A stretch of 64,000 nucleotides of DNA from Trypanosoma brucei (Eukaryota): positions 416,001-480,000 of the forward strand of contig CP000071.1 of the NCBI GenBank assembly GCA_000002445.1, written 5' to 3'. Position numbers and translations under genes: made by a program. The notes below the pieces were generated by a model. The model was given only the letters and a program-made list of their open reading frames with translations, searched no databases and had not been told where the DNA came from. Position 1 is the stretch's first letter. The number at the start of each line of letters is the position of its first letter. Below, in pieces: positions 12,242-25,100 of the stretch.

Positions 12242-13072
12242 CTAAGCGGCTTTAGCGGCGGCATCATTTCCAGCAGTGCGAGCACGCTTCTTGCGCAGTT
12301 CAGCGCGAGACCGGAGCGACAGCTGCAGACCTCCCCATTGGCGACGGATAACGTCACTGCGAGCAAGGAAGCGGGCATTCACAGAGCGAGTAAGGTTCTT
12401 CAGCGCAGCCTGGTCCTCCGCGTTGACGTCGGTAAAGGCAACACACGTGGCGGTTTTGCGACCAATCGCATCACCCAGGCGTGCCTTGTCCTTCACGATG
12501 GCGTACGGAATCTTGTTGGCGCGGCACAGAGTCGGCATCCATAACACCAACTCAATAGGATCCACGTTGTTGGCGATGAGCACAAGGCGCGCCGTCTTCT
12601 TTTCAATTGTGCGCGTCACCTCCTGCAGACCACTCACAACGCAGAGAGGGGCTTTCGTTGACACGGTCCCCTTGGGGTTCTTCTTCTTTTCCTCTGCAAC
12701 TTTTGTCAAACGATCCCTACGCGCCTTTCGGGTTTCCGGGGCGTACTTCTTAACCAACTTCAGCAGCTCGTTGCGACTGGAGCGGTCAAGCACCTTTGTG
12801 AATTGGTTCAGCGCCGGGGGTACCTTCAAGCGTCGCTGTAGCACGCGCTTCTTACGCTGCATCGTCACGAACGTGGGCCACCGCATGAATCGTGAAAGGT
12901 CACGAGCATAAGGGACATCACGCCCGATACCAAAATCCTTCGGGCGCGCCACGAAGGGTGATGGTGCTGCAGCAGAAGCCTTTGCCTTTTTCTGGGTAAC
13001 CTCAGGTTTCTTGTACGGGACCCCAGCCTTTTTGGTGGGCTTTACAGCCTTCTTCACCTCCTTGCCGGCCAT
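12242..13072 (-). CDS. RPL7A: 60S ribosomal protein L7a (eL8), copy 1
   Basis: 276 aa. The true ATG is at 13070-13072; the track ORF starts 9 nt upstream on a GTG. It carries the diagnostic L7a/eL8 block (…PKDFGIGRDVPYARDLSRFMRWP…LVLIANNVDPIELVLWMPTLCRANKIPYAIVKDKARLG…) and a Lys/Ala-rich N-terminus. Confidence 0.95.
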   Translation of the reverse strand: MAGKEVKKAVKPTKKAGVPYKKPEVTQKKAKASAAAPSPFVARPKDFGIGRDVPYARDLSRFMRWPTFVTMQRKKRVLQRRLKVPPALNQFTKVLDRSSRNELLKLVKKYAPETRKARRDRLTKVAEEKKKNPKGTVSTKAPLCVVSGLQEVTRTIEKKTARLVLIANNVDPIELVLWMPTLCRANKIPYAIVKDKARLGDAIGRKTATCVAFTDVNAEDQAALKNLTRSVNARFLARSDVIRRQWGGLQLSLRSRAELRKKRARTAGNDAAAKAA

Positions 13073-13327
13073 TTTCTTCACTCACAATCCACTATGTTAA
13101 TTCAATGAAAGGAGAGGCGAAATGGATATTTTTGTCAATGGTCAAGCGAGTGGCACCGCACACTACCTCCTCAGCCAAATTTACACTGCAACAGAAAGTG
13201 GCAGCATCGGATAGATCAGCCCAGCATCACATGTTCAAAGGAAAAAAATAGAAAGTAGCACGTACACACACACAACGTAGTAAATGCCAGAATACAGGAC
13301 AGATGAAAAGCGGCGGGGCACCAACTA

Positions 13328-14158
13328 CTAAGCGGCTTTAGCGGCGGCATCATTTCCAGCAGTGCGAGCACGCTTCTTGCGCAGTTCAGCGCGAGACCGG
13401 AGCGACAGCTGCAGACCTCCCCATTGGCGACGGATAACGTCACTGCGAGCAAGGAAGCGGGCATTCACAGAGCGAGTAAGGTTCTTCAGCGCAGCCTGGT
13501 CCTCCGCGTTGACGTCGGTAAAGGCAACACACGTGGCGGTTTTGCGACCAATCGCATCACCCAGGCGTGCCTTGTCCTTCACGATGGCGTACGGAATCTT
13601 GTTGGCGCGGCACAGAGTCGGCATCCATAACACCAACTCAATAGGATCCACGTTGTTGGCGATGAGCACAAGGCGCGCCGTCTTCTTTTCAATTGTGCGC
13701 GTCACCTCCTGCAGACCACTCACAACGCAGAGAGGGGCTTTCGTTGACACGGTCCCCTTGGGGTTCTTCTTCTTTTCCTCTGCAACTTTTGTCAAACGAT
13801 CCCTACGCGCCTTTCGGGTTTCCGGGGCGTACTTCTTAACCAACTTCAGCAGCTCGTTGCGACTGGAGCGGTCAAGCACCTTTGTGAATTGGTTCAGCGC
13901 CGGGGGTACCTTCAAGCGTCGCTGTAGCACGCGCTTCTTACGCTGCATCGTCACGAACGTGGGCCACCGCATGAATCGTGAAAGGTCACGAGCATAAGGG
14001 ACATCACGCCCGATACCAAAATCCTTCGGGCGCGCCACGAAGGGTGATGGTGCTGCAGCAGAAGCCTTTGCCTTTTTCTGGGTAACCTCAGGTTTCTTGT
14101 ACGGGACCCCAGCCTTTTTGGTGGGCTTTACAGCCTTCTTCACCTCCTTGCCGGCCAT
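13328..14158 (-). CDS. RPL7A: 60S ribosomal protein L7a (eL8), copy 2
   Basis: The 276-aa protein is identical to copy 1. All three frames of the track are identical over the coding sequence, which implies about 100% nucleotide identity. Identity stops at the ATG and at the stop codon. Confidence 0.95.
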   Translation of the reverse strand: MAGKEVKKAVKPTKKAGVPYKKPEVTQKKAKASAAAPSPFVARPKDFGIGRDVPYARDLSRFMRWPTFVTMQRKKRVLQRRLKVPPALNQFTKVLDRSSRNELLKLVKKYAPETRKARRDRLTKVAEEKKKNPKGTVSTKAPLCVVSGLQEVTRTIEKKTARLVLIANNVDPIELVLWMPTLCRANKIPYAIVKDKARLGDAIGRKTATCVAFTDVNAEDQAALKNLTRSVNARFLARSDVIRRQWGGLQLSLRSRAELRKKRARTAGNDAAAKAA

Positions 14159-14514
14159 TGTGGAGTACTATCGTTTCCCGAAAAAGGAGTAACGGAAGTG
14201 AGGGGTTAGTGAACAAACCTCTAACAGAAAGCGGCTCAGTGGTGGGCAAACACACGGAGCAATGTGAACAGAGAGCGTGAAAATGATGTGTATATACCGA
14301 CAACGAACTATTTGTACAGAAAAGCAAAAACCGCTGTGATTTTGAGTTAGAAACCCTAACACGTTGAACTAGCGAAAAAAACATTTTTTTAACACCTTCG
14401 CTTCATTGGTACTTAGGATCACACTCCCTAAACATGTAACCCCTACGACCTTTGATTCCATGCACACGGCTGTGCCTCTTCCCTTGACACATGTCCCCAT
14501 CTGTGTTTACCTTC

Positions 14515-15603
14515 TTAATCACGACCGTTGGGTCTACTAACGATATCCCGCATATTTTGCCCGGGAGATCCGTTGGAAACTAACAACCGTAGGCCACAGT
14601 TTTCTACCTTAGCACTCGCGACATTGTCATCCTTACCCGTGCCATCACCGTTTGTATCACAGCTCCAGAACTGCATCTCCACATCTCTCTCTATCCTCCT
14701 CTTCTCTCGTTCGAGGAAGTATCGGAACACGCGCCGAAAGGCAGATTGCTCACCCTCACCGTAGAGGTCAGCCTCATCGCTGCTAAAACTTAGCGTGTCC
14801 TCGTCAGAAACGAAGTGGGCGTCGTCTCGTGTGCTCCTGTCTGTGCCCCTGCTATGGTTCCTTTGTAGTGAAGAATCTGTTTCAGAGGTTTTGCCGAGGC
14901 TATCGTTAATGGGGAATTTCCCGGTGTGACCGCCACCCCCTCCCCAGGACTCGTTAAACACCTCGTCATTATTATACGATAAACTAAACCCACTCTCGAT
15001 TTCAAGCTTATTGCGCCGTCGCAACTCCTTACGTATGTAGTGCCCCCTCCCCTGCCGCCCAGGCGGGAAAAGACAGAGCTCCTGCGTACTGAGGTTCATG
15101 AATCGTACCACCCCGGAAGTGGTACGACACAATACCCATCCATCAGGTACGTCATCGACCAAAAGCATCTCCTCGATCATGATCAGGAGGTCGTCATCAC
15201 GCGGGGAGCGCAGCCCAACGCTACAGCGAAACTCTGCTATGTCCTCCACCGATAACATGGTGGCGGCACCTCCATCGCCGCATCTGCCTCCCTCCGCGTC
15301 GCTACCGCCGTCACCGTCCTCGTCTCCGTCAACTTCATCCTCGATGCGCGTGATCACCACGCATGGTGGTGGAACATCACACCCTTTCCACCGCCTAAAG
15401 CCAGAAAACTTACGCTCCGCTCGCTTGCGGGCCGCTCGCCGCCATCTTGCTAAGAAGAGCCTCGTGCGTAAAACCGCCGCATACGCTATGAGACATACGC
15501 CACCACCCAGCCAAGGAACCCACTGCGGAACAGTTGACAGCACTGCGCGCCTTGCATCTGAGAGCGTCTCCGCCTCGTAGAGGTCGTGCCACAGTTTCTG
15601 CAT
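14515..15603 (-). CDS. Hypothetical acidic protein with WW-like segment
   Basis: The track ORF starts on a TTG at 15717; the first ATG is at 15601-15603, giving 362 aa. It contains an acidic stretch (DEVDGDEDGDGGSDAEGG). The segment PDGWVLCRTTSGVVRFMNLSTQELCLFPPG follows the WW-domain layout but has lost the second Trp. Confidence 0.55.
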   Translation of the reverse strand: MQKLWHDLYEAETLSDARRAVLSTVPQWVPWLGGGVCLIAYAAVLRTRLFLARWRRAARKRAERKFSGFRRWKGCDVPPPCVVITRIEDEVDGDEDGDGGSDAEGGRCGDGGAATMLSVEDIAEFRCSVGLRSPRDDDLLIMIEEMLLVDDVPDGWVLCRTTSGVVRFMNLSTQELCLFPPGRQGRGHYIRKELRRRNKLEIESGFSLSYNNDEVFNESWGGGGGHTGKFPINDSLGKTSETDSSLQRNHSRGTDRSTRDDAHFVSDEDTLSFSSDEADLYGEGEQSAFRRVFRYFLEREKRRIERDVEMQFWSCDTNGDGTGKDDNVASAKVENCGLRLLVSNGSPGQNMRDIVSRPNGRD

Positions 15604-16136
15604 TACGACAGTGCAGCCGCACCACCCACGGCCCAGTGGAAAGTAGCAGTGACAATATGGGTGCGCAGCTAATAGAAGCGAAAATCGGTGGGAGCTATAA
15701 AGAGGAAAGCAGAACAATGCTCACACAAATCCTCCCCTGTTGTAAATCTAAGAGGTAGCAGGGGAAAAAATCATACAGTTATTGAAGCGATGCGGAAACG
15801 GTTCGAAGAAAAAACAATTAACGAAGACATCTACCAACTTTTATATGCAGATACATGACCACAGCCATGAAAACATCGGCTCCCACACCGAGTCGCCGAT
15901 CATTGACAATAACAGATACGAAAGAAAGATTTGCTATACATATCCGACGGGAAATAATGGAATACCCTCCTTGAGGGAGCCAACCTGAGACAACGATGAA
16001 AGAAAAAAAGAGACAGCAAACGAACGCACGCCCTCATTGTCAAGTTTCACGGCGCCACGACTACGCTCACGAAGCAACGCGTCACAGGCATTCACCACAA
16101 CTATTCAAAAAAAAAAATGAGTCAACCTACCCTCGG

Positions 16137-19100
16137 TCACGATACGGCTATAAAGAACCCCAAGCTGTCACCAAGGGTGTCCACCACAGGACCACTGGAC
16201 GCCAATGCTTTACGCCCACCTCCTCTGCCGCCCAGTGGTCTTTGCCCCACAGATCGCGGGGGTGTCGCGTTTAACTCCGACCGTTCACAAGCCGGTACTG
16301 TGACGTACAGTGGTAGTTCGAATAGGGGCTGCCAAACGCGGCTGGTTGCCTCGTCGGGCTTATCGTCGGGATTCAGGGGGTGACTCACAGCCCACTGTAG
16401 ATCTAGTCCAACCACCGGCACAGTGGCGACGGACCGTTTTACCACGTCGCAAACCTGAGGGGGTTCAGGTTCTGTCAAGAAAAGAACGCTATTACACATC
16501 GCACTGCCCTCCTGGCGTGGCTCAGAGCCCTTCTTCCCTGAACGCAGGTCCCACAGTACGCCACTCGGCTGTCGCGAAGGACAGTCTGTAAAATCGCTCT
16601 GATACCGAACGGCGATAACGATATCCATATCATGCTTGCTGGCACCTACCTCCTTGTTCCATCTCATTTCACATGGCTTCCAACCGGCCTGTATCGATAC
16701 CTCCCGCTCCAATTGCCGCGAGGGCGCAGCACCAGTGAGGAGGACGTCGTCGTGAAGGAGCATGTAGCGCCGTGTCACTACCAAAACCGCCTCAATGTGG
16801 CTCAGCAAATCACCCTTCCGCTCCAACGCATCTGCCAAGAGTATATTGAGCAGGAGCTTTGGATACTGCAACGCAGGCAGCCATACACTGAGAACGGACC
16901 CGGGCTGCCATCCCCTGAACTGCGCTGTCGCAACTCGCAGCCGTGAGGATAACTCTTTGTGCTGGGCGCGTTCCAATGCCCTGACAGTTTTCTCTCCATA
17001 GACCCCCTCCCACACAAGCAGTAACGATACAGCCGAATTTGACTCAAAGTCTTCATGGGGCTCCGTTTGAGAAGCACCATCTACCCCACCCTGTGAGCAT
17101 AATGGTCCATCTGAGGTGCTAAACAGCGGATCAGCCCTCGTAGAGAAAGGAACACCACAAAGGCTTCTCCGCAAGGCACTACTTGCCATGCTTCGGTATG
17201 TCACAATCGTGTGGTCGTCTCCACAAAGATGGAGGAAACTTTTGTCGGAACGACGCAGAGTCGCCATGAAGACCTCATCAGTTGGCTTCTCCCTGAGAAG
17301 CTCGTCCAGTGCAGTGCTGTAGCACAAACGCCCGTCATCCCTCAGCATCAACAGGGGACCACGCTCGTACAGCATGTTTTCAATTAGCAAACAACCTTGA
17401 TGTCTTTCGCTTCGAGATGTGTACACGAGGTAGGCCACTTTATTAAAGAGACGGTACAGCCGCTCACTAATTGACCTCCTCTGCAAGGTTGCGCTCTTCA
17501 GCTCCGTACTTGACACAGTGTGGGTTGCGGCGTGTAAAGTAGTGGATGGGTGCCTCTTGGATGACGGCTCCTCCTCCTGTGGGTCATCTAGCTGTTTGAG
17601 CGAAACGAGACGCAGGATGAGAAGAAGATCATCAGTGTTGATGTCCGTCCGATACAAATCAGTGAATACGTTGTCAAGTCCCCTATCCTCCACAAGAGCA
17701 CGCTGGACAGCACCCCCAGCACTGATTCCGGCGTGTAGCTCGAGGACATAGCCCAACGGCGTAACCATGGTGTTGCCCCGGTCGCCTCTCTTGCACGAGT
17801 CCAAATGACTGCAACTGACCCCCGATTTGGTACATTCCCTCTCAAGAAGAAGTGTCACACCCTCTCTTTTCCACGGTGGAGCAAACACCTTCCCCCCAAT
17901 GACGGAAAGCAACTGGTGCCGCGGTGACACCGAATCCACTACTACGGGAAAGCACCACTCCTGCATGGCGCGAACCACGTTATTCCGTACCATATTAGGG
18001 GCGCCCCTAACAGTGCAACACAGTACAACAGGTGTGCGTGTCGAGTGGCCACCACCCCGGAGTAGACCCCATATCCCGTACCGCCATAAGGCAGAGAACC
18101 TGCTTGAAATTGCTTGCAGGAATGACGCCTCCTCAGACACGCCAGCTGGCGGCACAAACACGGCCATAACGCAGTGGCCACGCACAACGTGGGTAGGAGG
18201 TTGTTGAAATGAATGACTGACATAACCCACAAGCTGATCCAAGTCCCTTACATTGGTTACGGTGAGGTACCGAAAGAAGAAACTAGCCGAGTTCGCACGC
18301 TGCCTAACATAACCGACCAATTCATGTGTGTTGGCTCCCTTCAGAAGCAATGGAATCGATGTGTTCCCGGAAAACTGCCACCATTCTTCACTATACCGCA
18401 GATTAGTGCACTGACTGTCAAGGGAGTCGTATATGGACAAACCCCCCTCTTCCGTGACTTTCTTCTTCACCGATGTGAAAAACGCGGCATAGAGGTCAGA
18501 AGCAGCCGCATCGCATGCCCTGTGGTTCAGCAACATCCACTGTTGAAAAAGGAAACGGATTAATTCTTCACCAGCTTTCAACACCCATGAAGTATTTGTA
18601 TCCTTAACGAAGAGCGTGCTCTCCAAACTCAGACCGCTCTCGGTGTCATCAAGCGTGGAGTTATCACGGGCAATACTATTTAGCAACGGGTCCATTGATG
18701 ATTCGTACAGGTTCCTTACTGTCTGCTTATCAGCAGCAATATTTTGCCGAGTGAGCAGCCGGTTCAGTACATCGTATTGTTGGGAAGTGAGAAAGGTGAT
18801 GTGGGAAGAATACAGCACACCCGAGTGAGCCAACATAAAGCCGCAGCTGTGCACCACGGTGGACAGAATATACCATGCGAAGATGCCACGCAGTTCCATG
18901 GGCCAGCCGGAAGCCATCACATCCACAAGGCTCTCAACGAAGTTTACCGTTGCATAAAAGTCTCTCTGTGGTGGTGGTAGCTTGTCAAAAGTTCCAGGTG
19001 ATATGCGACGCACGTAGGCACTCGACAAGTTTGTTGCACCCACAATGAACGGTTCCAGCATGCGCCATTCCCACAACCTTCCTAATATCTCTTTCTCTAT

Positions 19101-22100
19101 GACACGTACAGCCCGCTCCGCCGCTTGAATCCCCCGTTTAAGTCCCTCCCACAAAGAGGCCAGTGGTTTTTGCACGCTTTTGTTGTGCGCCTCGATGCGT
19201 AGCACAGTCATGTGGAGGGTGTGCAACTCGCGAAGAAGGAAATCAAGTCGTTCGAGCTCGCCGTTGTTGTTCCCAGCCAGCTCGTCAAGGTCACCGCTTA
19301 ACATCTCTCTGACCTCTGGTAGCGTTACACGAAAGGCACAGAGTGCGTCATTGTCTTGCTTGTCGCGCACACTAAAGACATTCTCCACCAATGGTCTTGC
19401 GTACGCCGTCGGGCACCCTAAGAGTATCGTGTGAACTCCCTCCTCTATCCGACGCGGACTGGGAATGTTGACGACCGTAGTGTAGCAACGCGTGGCAGCC
19501 TTAGCTTCTTCGTGTAGCATAACCGCAGGAGAAACACAAACCATGAGAAAACTGGGCTTTACAGGCACTTCCTGCCCAAATAGTGTGCACCTCAAGTTAC
19601 GCTTTTGCAGCGCCGCCTGCGGTAACGCCTTCAGCAACAACAGTAGAGGTCGCAAACGCTCCAGCACAGAAGGGGCATGCACGTCACATATGAGTAGACC
19701 GATCCCCGAACTAGCTGCCCTAACCACCTCGTCGCAGAAGTCCTTCTGCATTACGGAAACAACGACGCAGTCACCGCAGATGAACGCCAGACAGCGGCCC
19801 AAAACCTCTTCAAAAACGTTTGTTACACCGCAAAAGATCGGGCAGTTGGAAAAGATCTTCTGGAGCAATCCTGCGATGCATTGTCGTTCATAGGTAGAAC
19901 ATGCCGATAGAAGCAAACTTTCGACCGTCTCGTCGACGCTAGGAAACAGCAGTGAAGCTGCGGGGTCCTCCAAATCCGCCGGGGCCTGGATACCCCAATC
20001 ACAAAGAAGTGAGTACAGAGCTTTGTGGCAGGACCGTTGCACCTCAAGTGGTAAAGAGGCAAAAAACGCAAAATGAGCAGCAACCATAATAACGGCACCC
20101 TCACCCTTTGCCATCTCGTTGCACTGCGCCGCAGTTTTGCCTGGTGTATGGAACAAGGAAAACCTATCCAGAGCGTCCGTTATAAATTCAAGGGATTTTT
20201 GGCGCTTCGTCATATCCACTACCGTCGTTTCTAGGCCCTGGCTCTTCTCATCTACGTTGTTAACTTCCTGTTCAACACATTCAATTTTCCTTCTGGACTC
20301 GGAGACGCCACACCCCGCTTCGTTCTTTCTATCTTCAATAGTTGTGTACTCAAGACGCAAGCTGTCTAATTCCATCTGTTCAATCTGCAGCTCCTTCTTC
20401 ACCCGCACAGCCTCCATGACGGACAAAAGGTAATCCGACAAAGCATCAGCAAAGGGTGAAACATCGGTAAACCGTACACCGCGCAACGAGGAATGGACAC
20501 TCGCAAGGGACTCGTACGACAAACTCTCATGATCCAAATCTCGGAGCCGGGCGATAAATTTGGATGCTGTCATGATGCTTCTACCGCGGTCCCACACATC
20601 TCTTGTCGACGTTGCACGAAGATCCTCCCCCAACACCCTACAGACAGCCTTTACAAGCAACACGCCCTTGGGCGAAGGCAAGCTGCTTGCATATTGCCTG
20701 ATCTGCGCCGTCTTCATTGAACACAAACGAGCTTTTGTAGAGGAAAGACCATCGCTGATACTTTCCCTCTTTAGGCGAAGCGCGTTTTCCGCCGCGGTCA
20801 CCAGCGGCAACAAGTCACATGACTTCCTCTGCAAAAATTCCCACTCACTCTGATGCCGTGTGGCGCACTCCTTGGACCTCTCCAACCTAGCCACCAGCTC
20901 CCCACGGTGCTGGACAACGGTCACCTTCGTCTCCTCCGCCTCTTTACTTTTGTTGGCGTACTCCTGCATTTTTGTGGGAATGGCGTTGAACAGATCGTCA
21001 ACTCTAAGGGACTGAGAGACACAATGGCATATCCTAAACAAAGTCCCTCTAAGACGGTTAGCTAGTGTGGCGAACTCCTGCAACTGCTCAACAGAAATCT
21101 CGGTGTTTGTTCGTAGACAAAAAAATATGTCACATAGAAGCTGAGAGTAGGGACGTCCCAGTAGCGTCTCCGTATCCATAGGAACTCCCAAAAAGCAGGG
21201 TATGGACTCCACAGGTGCATCCTTTCCACAACCTTCTCCCCCTGGCGGTACATCCGCACTTTCGGCCCTCCCCGTTTCTGGTACGACAAATGTCGCCTTC
21301 TCGCTGCGGATCACCACATCGACATGTTCTCTCAGCATATCCGGGGCGTGCAGCACCACGGGAAGCATTTGCAGTACGAAAGGAATCACAGTGCCCAGAC
21401 GCCTCATTTCCTCAAAGCTAACAAAATGTGCTACAATACTCAAACGGGAGGAAATGCGTTCCCGCAACTGCACCTCTTCCGCAGGAGTGAGTTTCCCACT
21501 TTGGCGTTGTATGCCCCGCCGTCCGTGTAATAGGTACAGCTGCTCTTCAACAGAAAACAGTTGCCTAACATTACCACCGCGCAGTGTGTAATAAAGAAGA
21601 CTCAGTGGCCAAACCAGTGTTAGCACCTCATTAGGAACAAACACCACCATGCGACTCCCGCTACGGCAGGTGCCTTGCAGGATTTCAATGAGTTCTCGAG
21701 TAAACGAATTCTTCGCATCCGGAGCAGCAAAATCAGACAGCAATGACCTCAAGTTCACGCCCCTTCCGGCGGCCCACACGTGCAGTGCTCGACGGATGCC
21801 GATGCCGTAGGCCCCAACAAGAGCAACATGAGAGCCTTCCTGTCTCAAACAATGGTGCACATCTGATATCAACGAAACCGTCCAATGTGGGGTACAATTC
21901 ACATGCGGCGCCCCCCCAACGGCTGCCTGTTGCTGTGCCTCCTTTGTGGACGGCGATTCCATACGCGACTTGCCCGTCGATATATAAGGGGATTCACTAC
22001 GGATCTCATCGACAAGGGCAGGCGGCATCATCACGTCGTGCTTCTCCAGCCATTTCCTGATGACGTCGTGTCCCACAGATGGATACTCAAGGCTGTTCAA

Positions 22101-25100
22101 CACCTCAGTTACGTAGGTTTCGTCAGCACCCTCGCGCTGGCGTGCGCCAGGGGAGTACCGCATGGTCTCCTTCGCCATCTTAAGAAGCTCAGCCATTAAC
22201 TCTTCTCGGCGGCCTTCGCCAGCAATAAGAGGCATGAAAAACGTGTAAACCGAATGGTATATACCCTTTACGATACTCGCCTCATCTAACTGAGTGGAAA
22301 GAATACGCAACACCTTGTCCACAACCCTGAGAAGAACGTAAGGATAGGGTAACTGTGATTGATTGTCGGCCCTGTCATCAGAAAAACTCAGGAGAGACGT
22401 GTCTTCGAATGCACAAATCCCCTCGATGCTCGCCAGTGTACTCTTCAGCCGATCTAAACCCGAGTGGTTGTCCCCGAGCAGCGAATTTATGAAGTGGAAA
22501 GCCATACTCTGCGAGGCAATGAGAAAGTCGCCCACGCCCTTCAAAAACCCCTCTCCGCGCCGTACGCCCCTTGTTTTGCCAATAAGTTTCTCCACTTCAT
22601 GCAGTATTTCATCCTCAATAAAATCTGGTATCATTATCCGAAGGACGCTGTTTTCCACCTCAGGTTCGTGAGGCGGTGTCGGTAACGAGGTTCCTACACA
22701 TATAACATCCTTTATGGGCACGTAGCCCTTTGACGGTGTGCACAGAGCAGAGTAGTGGTCAATGAAAGCGAAGACACACATGGCTTGGGGATATCCCATT
22801 TCTCCAACGAGGTGGACATCATCAACACATAGCACTAACCTCTGCCCAGATGAAGGTACATATGTGTTGTGTTGGGAGCGAGAAAGACCCTGAAGCAATG
22901 CATCCTGTACATCTCCAGCGGTGCACGCTACCGTGTTGTGAACCAACTCATATGCCCACCGGCTGCTACACCGCATGTGATTTAAGAGAGTCGACTTCCC
23001 CTGACCCCGCTCCCCCACAAGCAGAACTGGCTGGCCCACCGCGGCCATATATTCTAAGTGCATTAGCGTCCGCTGTCGTGAACGCAAGGGGAAAAAGTAC
23101 GTCCACGCGTGTTGTTTAAAGTTTACACCCGGATCCCTGGACGCCCACGGGGTAGGAAACCCAACATCACTAGCCTCCTTGCCCAATTTCTTCCACCCAA
23201 ATGGTGTCGCAATATAGTTCAAAAGGTCGTCGTCTGGTGGAAATATAACATTCTCATCCACACCTATATGCTGTGCCACAGCTGTTAGGCCACTTTGCGA
23301 CTTCTTAAACGCAACAATACCCGTAGAGATTTCGCTTACTTGCATGCATAACATAACCGACCAGCAGGTCGCAAAAACAGCGCACTGAGATGCGAAAACA
23401 TCATCGCTTGAATGTTCGCCCTCCGCCTTGCCACACGATCGCGCAAACGCATACCATCGCTTGTAAAACCTGGAGCAGCGGCACACAACGCCGAACACAT
23501 CTTCGTCTAAACTAGAAATCCTTGGCACTGCGCTCACGTCGAGCACAGCCTCGATAAGTGCCGATATTACAGGGAATGCCGCGCCTGGGCTACAGTTCGG
23601 ATCGCTGTAGAGTTCATTTTTTAGCAAATCCTTCCATCCAGACGGCTCCGGCAGGGCATATATAGCCACCTCACTCACTATACGTGGATTGGCAGATTCT
23701 AAGGTAGTAACCACAGTGATAATGCGTGTTGACGAACCTTGTATAAAATCCGGTCCAGAGTACGACCGGACTCTTACATGCGCTGCGCTCTCCAAAAAAG
23801 TGGGTACATCCACCACGTTCGTGTGTTCCATCACAATCGTATGAGTCGATATCGGGTCCCACTTCCTAGCAATGGAAACAAGTAAACCAGGTCGGGATTC
23901 GTCGCCATACACTTCCGCCGAGCATAGAAGCCGGTGGGAAAGGACAATATAGTGCGTGTCCCCGACCCAACTCTTCCACAACGGGGTCTTCCCGGAATAT
24001 GCAGACCCCACGAGCATGGCGTTTTTGTTGAATTTCATGAAGTAGGTAAAACGTTCCAAACAACTATCGAACCCCAACTTTGACTTGAACTTCTCCAATA
24101 CCTCCTCCAAGACGTGTCGCGGGATCCCAAGTGTGTGAACAACGTTCCACTCGAAGAGTTTCAGCAGTCGCTCGTCCGACTCAATAACGTGCCAAAACTG
24201 CCGCAAAAATGCCGAGCACAGACTTTCAGCCATTGTCCCCGTTTTGCAGTCAGCAGCGTCTCGAATTACCGACAAGAAACTCCTGCACGTGAAGACAGCA
24301 GGCAACATCGCAACAAACTGGGAAAACATTGTGGCCAGTCTTTGCCCAATACTTGCGAAATGAGGCACCCCAAGTGCCTGGAGCGTACCCTGGGCGAGCA
24401 ACCCTAGGTCCACAGAAGGTACATAAATCGGTCGAAAGGCAAGACTGAGAGCGGTGGGTATTTCATCGAGCTCACGTGTTGTGAGAACAACATGAAAGCA
24501 CGCATCCCTGATGGCACATATAGAATTATCGCCTGCCTGAAACTCTACCGTTGACATACCACCGTCATTGTGTCTCTTTTCATTGCGACATGCTGACTCA
24601 ACACCTTTGAGAAGCGCTGAGACTGAATCGGCTAACTCCCTGCCCAGAAGTTCAATGTCCTTTAGGCACAATATCACTCCCGCGCCCAAGCAACCACGTA
24701 AGGCACGCACAATGCCCTCGAATGGCAGAGTCGGATGGCATTGGAGGAACCAACAGAAGCGGCCCAAGTACTGTGCATAATATTCTAGCTCCGAGTTTTC
24801 GTTGTTCTTCCCGATAAGAATAGGGAAGGAAGATGCTCTTATCGACATAAGCATGCTGCACAATCCCTTCTCAACATACTCAGGAGTCAAAATGGGAATG
24901 TTATAGTCTCCAAAAAACTCCATACCGTAGGGTAACTGAAGGCCCATCATCTGTACAACAATTTTTCCGCCTTCCAGCAACGTTTGCACCATCGCTGTGG
25001 CTTTAAGATCCTCCAGCGTTTCAACACCGGATTTGCTGACCAGTCGCAGTTCATCCCGGTACCGTAAGAGAGAGGTAATGGCAGTACTAAGGATTCTCTG

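Larger units (their letters stand above)
12242..14158 (-). repeat. Tandem duplication of the RPL7a gene with a 1,086 bp unit
   Basis: Track ORFs recur at an offset of exactly 1,086 bp. The coding sequences are identical while the 5′ and 3′ flanks are unrelated. Confidence 0.9.
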
